Source: Macrostomum hystrix (Eukaryota > Animalia > Platyhelminthes). Taken from it: a stretch of DNA of 64,000 bases. Both the position numbers and the translations under genes were made by a program. Below are positions 13,804 to 24,367 of this stretch, piece by piece (the stretch's first letter is position 1; each line of letters opens with the position of its first letter). Location: the NCBI GenBank assembly GCA_950097015.1, contig CATNEN010000005.1:5394001-5458000 (forward strand), given 5' to 3'. The notes under the pieces are model-generated. The model worked only from the letters and a program-made list of their open reading frames with translations, had not been told where the DNA came from and did not search any database.

Positions 13804-16800
13804 TTAGCCAATGAGTTCAGTTCCAGTCCATAGACCGCGCACCTCCCGGATTTGAGGCGCCCATCGGGCCAACTGGTCCATGCCAGCCTGACTGATTCGG
13901 GCGCAATAGGACAAGTCTAAGAAGCGCAGCGAATCCATGGTCAGACAGGACAGGCCGGCGTCCGTGAGGCTGTCACAGTTGGACAGGCTCAGGCTTCTCA
14001 GTCTGTGGCATCGGCTGGCTAGAACTGTCAATCCGGAGTCAGTGATGCCAGCGCTGCCTGACAGGTGTAGCTGTCGAAGGCTAGGTGCTCCGGAGGACAG
14101 GCTGATCAGGTGAGAATCGGTCACGTGACGATTGCCTTGCAGGTGAAGCTCTTCCAAGTCGACGAACGGGAATTTGTTAGGCTGGAATAGCTGCACAGTA
14201 GTGGCGAGGTTTTTTGGAAAGTATTTTATTGTACTCATGAGCACACAAACACACAAATACTGTACGCAGGCACACACTCACACAGGTGTGTACATCTGCC
14301 CTGACTTTCTCATTGTCAGTGTACACTCTCACTGTGCCTTGGAGATTGGCCCTCAAGGGCGTAAATTGAACAAAAATCACCGAGCCTTCTCTCGGCGGCC
14401 GCGCCTCAAATAAATGTGGCCTCGCCGCGGAATTGAGCTCAGGGACCTTGGTGCGAGAGGCAAACGCGTTAGACCGGTCTGCCACTGACCCCCTTGTACA
14501 ATCCTTTAACTGTTACTGGCTTCTATCACTGCATTAATACTGTCACTCCGTCTGTCATGGCAGTATCTCATCTTCAATACAAAAACAATTCTCTCACCTC
14601 GTCTAGTCCAACTCGAGTAACCTTCGAGCAGTTGCTTAAATCCAAAAGTTTCAATCGGCGCAAATTGGCCAGAGAGAAACGCGGCCCGATTCCGTCAGCT
14701 GCGCTGTCAGCGGCTCGCTCGGAATGCCTGCGAAGCTCAGCCAGAGATGGCGGCGAGTAGGCTGGGTCGCCTGGAAATTTTCCGGGTTTTTCGTTATTTA
14801 CAACCGCAACCGTAGAAACCGATTTGTTTGAAACTAAAATCGCATTTATGCACAAACAGATCCTCACCAATGTCAACGGCTCGTTTATAATGCGGAAATT
14901 GTTCCACTTTGCGTCCGTCGATTCTCTTCGACGACGACAACGTGACATCGATAGAGCCATGAACTTCCTTTGCCGCCTTCGGCTCGGGCAATCCCATCAG
15001 ACCCCAATCGGTGATGCCCCGAAGCCAGGCTAGTCTCAAGCCTTTTAAAGTGGCGCTCAATTGTCCGCAGACAAGGCGCAGACCAACGTCGGTAAATCCT
15101 GCACACGAAGACACATTGAGATGCTCCAACGATTTGAGCGAATCGGCGGCGAGAGCATCGCTAAAACCGACGTCTGTCACTGCGGTGCATCGAGACAGTA
15201 CCAAACGACGAAGATGCCTAGCAGCAACCAGAGCGCTAGTGAGGGCGCCAGTGGAAATTCGATTGCAATCTGCGATGTCCAAGACCGTCAGGCTCGGCGC
15301 AGATGCCACCAGCAGCCGATCGCTGATGAAATTCGAGCTGCCAGCACCGGACAGCTCCGTTAGATGCTCCGGTATCATTGACGGTGTTTGAAGGTGGCGA
15401 TTCTTTGCTACACTGAGGCGTTCCAGACTGGCGCACTGGTTTGTCAGGAGGCGAGCGAGACCGCGACCTTCCAGCAGGCGACAGGAGTCGAGGCGGATAC
15501 CGGTAAGGTGAAGATTTTCGACCTGGTAGTTTTGGATGATATTCATTAGGCTAGGCTTCACATTTTCAATTATTCAGCTAAGGCAAGGTCGCTTAAAGAA
15601 TGTTGACTCTAGGAGTAGGCTCAGCAAATTTGAAAACCATCACCCTAGGCCAGTGTCCTTAGTTGCTGATCACTAGGCAAGGGCCAGGTCACTAGTGTTC
15701 TATTAACATCCCCAAAATTAGACAGCTGCTCACGTCTCACGTAGCTATCGCTCACTATCAGCGTCCTCATGGCAAAGCATTCAATAACTGGTTATGTAAA
15801 ACTGTTTGTCTGTGTGTAATCAAGCGGTAACTATCTAATATTCTGTCATATTCTTACCGTCGAAAGCAGCTCGAGAGCAGCATCCGTCACATCCGTGCCG
15901 CTCAGATCTAGCTCCGAAATTTGACACTGCCGTACAACGTCCAGTACGGCTGAAAAGGTCAACACTGAGCCTTCTACAGACGAAGACATGACAACGGAAT
16001 TTGAGCAGACTAACGAACAGCCGCTGAGGCAGATCGATTCCAAACCGGTGAACAGACTCGTTAGGCGGCGCAATCCATTGGCCGTCAGGTGGGACAGTCC
16101 GGCGAGGCTGAGTCGTTTGACACCGCCCAGCTGCTGTTGAAGTGCCAGTCTCTGAGCCTCGTCTGAGAACAGATCATGAGCCAGGCAGAGGGCGTCGCAT
16201 CCGCTTAAGTCAACGCTGACCAGTCGGTGACAGCCGTCAAGTGTGGTGGCCAGTTGGCGCCAATTTAAAGCGGCTGAAGATGACGAACCTGAAGACGACC
16301 GGCTGCCCAGCACCAGACTGCGAACAAGCGGCTTCCACTCGGTTGGCAAAATGGACCCGGAGTTGGATGCGGCCGCCGAAGATGCAATGTCAGAGAGACA
16401 GGCTCCTAGAATTATATTGAAAGAGGACAAAAAACAATCAGGAGTCTTTTTTTGAACGTGGTAAAAACAGGATAGTCTTACCAGCATCTAGAACTACATC
16501 CCGCATCAAGGCTGGGTGCCTGGCTGCGTTGAGCCATCGCCTGCATGCCAGTGAAGCAGATTTGCGATCTGGCAGGCTAAGATAAAGCAAAATGTGAGCA
16601 ACCACCTGAGGGGTGCAAGGCCATTTCAGGTCACTATTTATTGCTGGTTTTTTGAAGAAATATCACAACAAGAAGTCGAAAAACCAAAATATATGTATAT
16701 AATTATTTACGTAGTATAAATCATGGCTTTTTTATTTTTTATCTTTTGTTGTCTGACAAGTAAAACACAAATGTAAAAAACAATTAAGATTTTTGTGAAT

Positions 16801-17226
16801 CTTAAAGTTTGTTTTGATTTTATAACTTCATTGTTGAGTTACAGATAAGTTAAGGTATACAAATTATATCAATTTTATTTCTTAGTTAGTAACAACTAGT
16901 TACCAAACAAGAAATTAAAATAGTTTTATTAAATTGAGCACTACAAAATCCAATTCTTTGAGTGGATCAAAGAAGAAAAATCTAAAGTATTTTAAATAAA
17001 CTAAAGGGCTATAAGAACATAACAAATATCTGCATCCCTGGCTCTAAATCCCAACCATAAAATGAATTATCTTGCTCATTGAAATCTAAATAATATATTA
17101 ATACTTTGTTATACTTTATGTAATGAAATTCCTAAATCATTTACTATGTGCCAGGATTAAACAATTTTCAATGTACAATGCATATGCATTTACCTCTTCT
17201 GGTAAAACATCAACAGTCGCTATCAT
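13804..17226 (-). CDS. F-box/leucine-rich-repeat protein (LRRC29/FBXL9-like), ~636 aa. Exons 17226-17194, 16605-16482, 16405-15858, 15522-14868, 14770-14598, 14181-13804
   Basis: The spliced N-terminus MIATVDVLPEE|VVAHILLYLSLPDRKSASLACRRW is an F-box. Many AMN1-type cysteine-containing LRRs follow (LxxLxLSxCxxxTDxG). All five introns are GT-AG with consistent phase; exon lengths sum to 1911 nt. Confidence 0.85.
14240..14493 (-). mobile_element. tRNA-derived SINE, near full-length, in the last intron of the FBXL gene
   Basis: Minus-strand head GGGGGTCAGTGGCAGACCGGTCTAACGCG...GAGCTCAATTCCGCGGCGAGGCC has A-box- and B-box-like motifs; the body is shared with copies at 27.8, 55.7, 56.7 and 57.3 kb. 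Confidence 0.75.
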
Positions 17227-18481
17227 TTTCCAGAAATAAATAGGAAGTCACTACAACTAATTTTGGCAGCTAATAACTAACTAGTAATTTCGATTCAGAC
17301 ACCAGGCATTAATATTGCACACTAATTGGATTACGATAACTTGCAAGTTAGCACTTACATTAAGTTATTAAATCAAATTACTTGTAGTTTGCTATTCTAA
17401 ATTCGCGCACTTTCTTTTCTGTGACGCATACTATTTTAGCATTTTACCTTAATAGTTATAAAAATAAGCAGATTTCCGGTATAATTTATAAAGCTTAAAA
17501 CAAAACCTCTTCTTGTTCATATTACAACGCTTATAAGACAATTTTTGTTTGTACGGGCATCTACGTTACATATTGAACGCGGAAGAGATTTTTAAGTGAA
17601 TTGACTTCTCTGACATATTTGCAACTAAGTTTTACAGCATGAGAAACTAAAATGAGACGAAGGTTCACGTGTAGTAAATGTTTCCTTAAAGAAAAGCGAA
17701 GTCTTAAACTACTATAATCATGTATTCTATAATCATGCACGAAATCGCATACGAAATTCGGCGCCAGGTCAACCACAGGGCCATTGTGTATTATATGCAG
17801 TGTTGTATGCAAAATTTAATATTTAAACCAAATGTCTTAATTAATTCAGTATGCCCTTGTAAGTAATTACTGTAACGTGATCAGAGAAATACAAACTAGT
17901 ATTTTATTAAAAATTTCGAGACAGTTTTGATGTACATTTAAGCATTGGTAGTGAAATTAAGTTAATCCAAATTGGGCAAGGACCATATTATCGATTACTA
18001 TGGTATGTAATAATAGCAGACATATCATAAAATTTTCTTTACTTTAGAGAGTTGCGATTCCAAGTCAACCGTTTTTACAGTTAAATCTTGTTCTGGCTTC
18101 AAATCGGTACATAGTTCGACTTTTGAGACAAATTTTCATGTCGCGAGAGTGTAGCACCAATATGTGTAAATGCAATGCCATGAGTATAAGCTGTAGTCAA
18201 GCAAAGCCTAGTTTTTCTATGTGTGCTAGGTCGCATTGTGCTAGGTCGCATTGATTTATTGTGCCTTTCATACTTCCTTATCCGCATTTTTTGTATAAAT
18301 TTCACCTGCTATTTTTGCTTCTATATTTGGGCATCCTTGATCAGTACTAGCGCACGAAATGCTAGCTAATTTTTCCTGTGAATTGATTTTAAAGTTTAAA
18401 TGCTGCAATGCATGATCGTAAAGGTAAGATAGTTTTGTTTTAACACAAAGGAAGCCTTCTTTCGATGCTAAGCGTCGAAAA

Positions 18482-21400
18482 ATGATTCAGACAACCAGCT
18501 GGTCAAGTGCGAAGTCAAAAAATGGCGAGAAGCAGAGCTTGCTCAAGTCTCAGCGACCATGCCTGGACTACGACTTTGGCGGACTTTGGCGACCAATTAG
18601 TGACATTGGGACCGGGGCAATCAAACCCGGCGACATTCTCCGAACGATCTACTACGGATTCTATCATGTCGCAGTCGTGGAATCCGTGCTGATTGAGAAG
18701 TCGAGCTCTTGCGCAGATACGGCGACTGTGCGCGTCATTCACATGGGATTCCCCAGTTGCCTGACCTTCTACAGGCGAGTGATGAGAGACGACGTGACGC
18801 TGAGCGCCAGCTCCAGCAGCAACTGGATCTATGAACTGCCAACTGAGCTGTGCTACCCACCGGAGACAGTAAGAATGCACGTTTATAGAGCTCTGAGTCA
18901 TGGCTCTGACAGCTCTTGGTGCTTTTCTTTGTCATGGAATGATGTCAATTATATACTGAATAGTATTATCGTCCCTTTTTAATGTGTTCCCTCGATTGTT
19001 GAAATGGGGAAGTTTGTACTCGTAGCTCAGAGCTTAGGCCTTCCGACGCAAGTTAGGTCGGGAGTTCAAATCCCAACCCTGAAGAAAAAACACTAAATTC
19101 CTTTGTTCTACGGTTGTCCTGGAGCTGAAAAGGGTTTTTTAATCAGCTGGAGTAGAAACTAGAGTGTGGATCTGGCGTCCCTCATTCTGTCCATGGACTG
19201 AACGGTTGTACGCAGCCTTTGGAAGCAGAACGCAATGGCTTCAGCTGGGACACTGGCTGCATGTACATCCGAGCTAGGTGGCCTCAAGCAATACTAAATT
19301 AGAATAACTAGGCTAACTGCTAGTCGTCATTGTATGTCATTTGTATCAATCTATCGATCTATCTTCATAAAAAATCGGTTGAATTTACACAAAGAGTGCA
19401 TTGTTCCAGACGCTGTCAAGGGCCCGAAGCCGTCTCAACGAGACCGAGAGCAATCTGTTTAGCGATCCGGCAGATTTCGCAATGTGGTGTAAAATTCCTT
19501 GCCGTTTTCAACGCCGCGACTGCTTTGTACCCATCTTGGCGCCATCACCGGACTGTGACGGGCACAGCTTGACAGTCGGAAGTCACGCCAACCTACCCGT
19601 AGCTCTGGGCCAGTCGATGCGACTGCACTTGATTGTGACGCAAGTGGATGAACTGGCTTCTTCGGGCAAGTCACCGCTGCTCTTGATTGGCTATCGTGCA
19701 GTGGCCGATCGCTACGACGCTCTGCAACCGCCGGAGCTGCACGTGGAGGATGTGACGCTCAAGGCGGACGCTTCACTTCGACGATATGCCAGTAAGACTG
19801 GCGCCTGCTGCGAGGATGGCACCTTCGACATCGGCGCTGCGAAGAGCGCTCTAGAACGTTACTCCGGCACTGGAGTAGCCAGCAAGTGCAACTTGCCTGA
19901 CTGGCTGGTGCTCAAGCTTCTTCTGATTGAGCAGAATCCTGAGTGGCTGCTTAATGCCTGTTCAGGAAACATGCATCAGGAGGTCGGGAGAAACCGGAAA
20001 CCAGCGTATACCACGACGAAGGCTAGAGATGCGCAGCCAGGCGACTTGCTGTTGTGCCTGCCAGATGGAGGTTCTGGCCTCGTGCTGGAGCCTTCGTCGG
20101 TGACATCCACGTCGGCGACGCTTTGCGTGGCTCGTTTCCGACCTAGACAGGCCATATCGGCTTTCGCTAGTCCTGGCCTTCACCTGGTTGATCGACGCCT
20201 TCTGCTAGATACGCGAGATCAGCGAGCAAAACTATGCGTGCACAACTGGGACACTGAGGATTGCGAGGTGCTTGGCGGTTCGCTGATTCGCACGCCGGAT
20301 TATTCGATCCGCAGAGTTGAGAACGGCGCCGAATTAACAGCTGGAATGCCAGTGTGTCTGAAGCGATTCTGTCACTACAAACATGCTGTCCTGACAGAGG
20401 TGGCATTGACCAACGTTCCAGGTAATGCGACTCTAAAACCTAGTCATTGTATATGCATATTTTGCATGTATTTTTTGTTAGATTTCGAACCTATCCTAAA
20501 ATGAATCCACCTGGGTTCAACGGGGCGAGTAATGTTAGTGCAGGCAGTAGGCCGACAACTAGTGTCGCGAAAATCAGAGCGAAATGTACCATTTGAACCC
20601 CCATTGCTTCGAAGACCTGCTTTGCGAAGACTTTTCAGGATCTTTGTAGGATATGTGTACGATCCCTGAGAAAACTACGTTTTACATAGTTAAGTCCTAA
20701 GACCAGATTACTATTTCTGTCCAACTAATAGTCTCTATTGACGACAGACAAAGTCCATATGTTCGGCCCCCACAGACGAAGCAATCTTGACGCTAGTTTA
20801 CTACGCCGTAAAGCCTGTGCGCAGTCTGCTGTTCATTCAACGCGTTGTGACGAGCGCCACGGCTCGAGTCAACCTAAAGAAGGACCGCCTGTTCCTTATT
20901 GAGTACCACGTAGCTGAAGACAGGCGAGTCACCGGAGAAGTAGCTGTTCAACGCGCTTTAAGTCGGCTAGGCGAGGCTGAGTACAACATCCAGTGGAACA
21001 GCTCGCGCGACCTGGTCCGCTGGTGCTGCACGACTCATCCGACTAACCGCGAGTTTTCTATGGCACCATTGCTGTCCGGAAGCTGCCTTGAGTCGCTGGT
21101 GGCACGACGTCAGATGCAAGTGATGTACAGTCGCGCTTTCGGTCTGTACTACCACGAAGTGATGATTCGAGAGTGCAAGCTGATCAGGAAAGGTGAAAGC
21201 TGCGATCTGCTCAGCTTTCGCTGCTACGAGTCAGCTGAGACAAATGTTGTCGTGCTCATCGACCGATTGGTCATGAAGGACTTGAAGCTGATCGGCCGAG
21301 TGTGCTACCTAGGTGAGACCAACTCGGAGGAGTCCGTGCGCAACAAGGCTAATCTACTTCTAGGAGCATCGTTCATCAGCGATGCTACCGATTCTCTCGT

Positions 21401-22319
21401 TGATGGTCGGCTGCTGTGCGAGTGGTTGAAGCTGAGCAGCGGACCTGGCCTGGAGGACCTGATGCACCTCATGATCGGCTCGGGCTACAATCCTCATGGG
21501 GTGCACAAGAAATTCGAGCTCTCCATTTCTACTGGCTCTGTGAAACCGTTGGATCATCTGGTGATTCGCCGGAATGGAAAGACGAAAGAGCACGCACTGT
21601 TGCTGGATTGGGATGGCGGTTCAGAGGCAACCTTCGTGCGGCTCGGCGTTCCGCCTGGCATGGAGAACTTTGTTGGACCGACGGAAACCAAAGGCTTCAT
21701 GCTGCTGCCGCGAAACCCGTGCTCGCCTGGAGTGTACGCCAAAATTCGCAACCGACCAATCGATGTCGACCTAATGGACAAACGCATGGCCTGCGTCAGC
21801 AACAGCGGCCACGCATACTACGACGCTTTCACCTACAACTGCGAACACATGTGCGGTCTGCTAGCCAATGGGCGAACCTACTCAGCCCAGTCTTCGTCAA
21901 TCGCCAATCGAGCAGCCAGTCTAGCTGTGAAGGCGGGCCGCTGTCTGTACCAGATACTGTTGCCACTGTCGAATCTATTCAACCTTCTGGGCTCATTTCA
22001 TTACTACATATCCGGAGGTGTCGCCCTGCTCTCGCTGCTGATTCTGGCAGCCATAGACTCTGGCGCCGTCTACCACGAAGCCAGACGTTTCGGCATGACG
22101 AGGCGCGAATTGCATCGACGCCTTGGTCAAATCAGCGTGCTCGCTTTATTCTCCGCCTTTGCTAGCGTGTTGGCCTTCCTGATTGGCCACTTCCTGGGCG
22201 ACCTGTACGACAAGTGGGCCCTAGAATTCATCTGCATTCTGATTGGCGTGCCGATGTCTCTGGCCGGTATTGTGCTCTGCCGACTAGCTGATTACTACAG
22301 GCACGTGCATATGCCCTGA
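18482..22319 (+). CDS. Tandem LRAT-like (permuted NlpC/P60, H-box/NC) repeat protein with C-terminal TM helices, ~980 aa. Exons 18482-18868, 19410-20421, 20776-22319
   Basis: Repeat 1: KPGDI...YHVAV...VIH...RARSRLNE...FAMWCK. Another repeat: YKHAVL...RALSRLGEAEYNIQWNS...VRWC. Last repeat: KPLDHL...EHALL...YDAFTYNCEHMC. Donors GTAAGA (18869) and GTAATG (20422) are in phase with the acceptors at 19409 and 20775. Three or four hydrophobic segments lie at the C-terminus. The start codon is tentative. Confidence 0.8.
19016..19330 (+). mobile_element. Second Pol III-type (tRNA-headed) SINE-like element in intron 1 of the LRAT-repeat gene
   Basis: TAGCTCAG (A-box-like) and GGAGTTCAAATCC (B-box-like) at tRNA-like spacing, but no complete cloverleaf. 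It is followed by ~250 bp of GC-richer non-coding body. It is single-copy in the window, so the boundaries are uncertain. Confidence 0.4.
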
Positions 22320-23412
22320 TGCTCTGGACTGATGCCAGGGTGTCTGACTGCTACACAAGAGGTTTGAGACAGAGAACAATTTGACCAGGTGATGGAACCT
22401 TTTATTCTGGTTTAGCTTTCTATTTTAGAGCTGTAAACACCTCACTCCCAGGCACGAAGACAGACAGCGATTGAGATAAAGCAGAGCACGAGGAGGGCAC
22501 TGTCTATGATGCCGAAAATATATTATTGGGCATATTTGTTAGGTATGTTTGCTCGTAAAGGAAAGTATTTTGAAATGACAGTATGAGTAGAAAGACTAAG
22601 GGGTAATGAAAAACAAAATCTGGCTTTTCGTCGTCGCTTAAAATATTCAACCTTGAATTGTCATGAAAGACTAAGAAAGAAAGAAAGAATAAATTACAAA
22701 GCAGCGCGAGCAAAAGTTGGACAGAACGCGGATGCCAGCTAAAGTACACCAAAGCTCAAGGCGGTGGGGTGGGTGTCTGGGTTGGGTGTTTACAGCCAAT
22801 CAGCGAGCACTGATTGGACACGTTGATATGCTTTATTTTCAATTTAAGTTGTACTTTTTGACTGAATTTCAAAAGCGCTGGAATCAGAGAAAGTGAGGCT
22901 TTAGTTGCCAGAAATTTCAATAAAAATCTGTCTAGTCGGAGCAGTCAGTAAGATTAATTGGAGTCGGTATTTGCTATATTACTGTTATGCTCACCTTCCG
23001 CTTATTAATCCGTCGAAAAATGATTATTTATAAGCCTAGGTTTTCTAGAAAATTTCTACGAAGGATTTATAATGCCATAAACAGGATATTTTGCACTTCA
23101 CAAAAGCTCGCAAACAAGCACATTGATGAGAACAGATATCAGACAACACAATCAACTTATAGAATTCAGAAAAATTAAAATAAGTTACCGAATTAACTTT
23201 ATAGAATGAATTTCAAAGGTTTCTAAGATTAGCAATAAGAATTCCATTTAAAAAAGTCATTTTTCGTTGCCTTTTGTTTTTTTAGGTTTACTGAACCATT
23301 TTTTCTTGTCTTTTGGTGAACCACTTCACGCAATAAATTTGATGAAATTGTTATCGAGAATTCGAGAACTTTCAATAAAGAGAAGTGCACTGTCTTTTTG
23401 TGTCTTGCTGTG

Positions 23413-23599
23413 TGTGTTGTACTTTTATATGTGTTGTACTTTCATTATATAGAAACTAGTATTTGACCGTTGCAGCTAAATATCCCATAGACAATTCGTT
23501 CTACCTGTTTGTTTGCGAGGACCGCGTTAAGAGTGTTTGCGGCTCTAGCTTTCGTGCTAACCCCGGGCTTTGCTATCTACACAAATTCATTAGACCACA
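23413..23599 (+). repeat. 5' LTR (187 bp)
   Basis: Identical base for base to 27518-27704 by visual comparison. Confidence 0.95.
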
Positions 23600-23622
23600 A
23601 GCTATCGCGGCAATACGCAACG

Positions 23623-24333
23623 ATGGCAAGCGCAGTCAAATTCAGCGACATAATCAAGCAGTACGACGGTGAAGAGGATTTTTCGCGCTGGGCACAGAAG
23701 CTCGAACTCGTTGCCAAGCTCCAAAAAGTGAATGACCTGGCTGCTTTCATCCCACTATTTCTATCGGGAGGTGCGTTCGCCGTGTACCAGGCACTAAACG
23801 AGGAAAGCAAGTCGGACTACAAAGCTCTGAAAGCGGCTCTTACCTCAGCGTTCTGCCCAAACAAGTACAAAGCATACGACGAGTTCGTGTCACGCAGGCT
23901 CGGCCCTGGGGAGTCCGTGGACGTTTTTCTCGCGGATCTCACGAGGCTTGCACGCCAAGTGGACGAGATCCCCGGGGAAGAATGGATCAAATGCGCATTC
24001 GTCCGCGGGCTTCCAGCAACCGTCAGTCAGCAGCTGATCGCTTCCTGCTCTCTAAAAGAGCTCGAACTCCATGAACTAGCGGAGAAAGCTAGAAACTTAA
24101 CGATCAGTCGCGAGTCCTGCTGTGTTGTCTCGAGCGCAGGAAATGCGCGAAGCGCTGGAAAGTTCGCCCCACGCAACAAAGTGATGTCGTGCTACTCGTG
24201 CGGCAAGGAGGGCCATGTGAGCAAAGAGTGCATGGAACGCAACCGAGCGAATCAAGGTTGTTTTGTTTGTGGAAAAGCGGGACATGTCGCTGCTCGATGC
24301 CCGCAGCGCGCCGATTTTCAAAAAAACGAGTGA
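23623..24333 (+). CDS. gag: Retrotransposon Gag (236 aa) with two CCHC zinc knuckles
   Basis: ATG at 23623 just after the LTR; CYSCGKEGHVSKEC and CFVCGKAGHVAARC. Confidence 0.92.
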   Translation: MASAVKFSDIIKQYDGEEDFSRWAQKLELVAKLQKVNDLAAFIPLFLSGGAFAVYQALNEESKSDYKALKAALTSAFCPNKYKAYDEFVSRRLGPGESVDVFLADLTRLARQVDEIPGEEWIKCAFVRGLPATVSQQLIASCSLKELELHELAEKARNLTISRESCCVVSSAGNARSAGKFAPRNKVMSCYSCGKEGHVSKECMERNRANQGCFVCGKAGHVAARCPQRADFQKNE

Positions 24334-24367
24334 TGGAAGCGCGGAATGTTTGCGCCAACGGGCTTCC
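24321..24367 (+). promoter_or_regulatory. Putative -1 ribosomal frameshift signal
   Basis: Slippery heptamer A-AAA-AAC (24321-24327) in the gag frame; pol is in the -1 frame. A stem GGAAGC (24335-24340)/GCTTCC (24362-24367) begins 7 nt downstream. Confidence 0.7.

Noticed and set aside
14417-14493. SINE heads (also 19016-19081, 27900-27977, 57438-57516) as functional tRNA genes
   Set aside because: The acceptor and T stems do not pair, and each head continues into a repeat body.
20513-20600. 88-bp segment with 8-bp inverted ends GGGTTCAA/TTGAACCC as a MITE
   Set aside because: No target-site duplication and no second copy in the window; an 8-bp match can be chance.
23509-23622. Hydrophobic, signal-like N-terminal extension of Gag starting inside the LTR
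   Set aside because: It starts at TTG, not ATG, and lies in the LTR; the first ATG at 23623 gives a normal Gag start.
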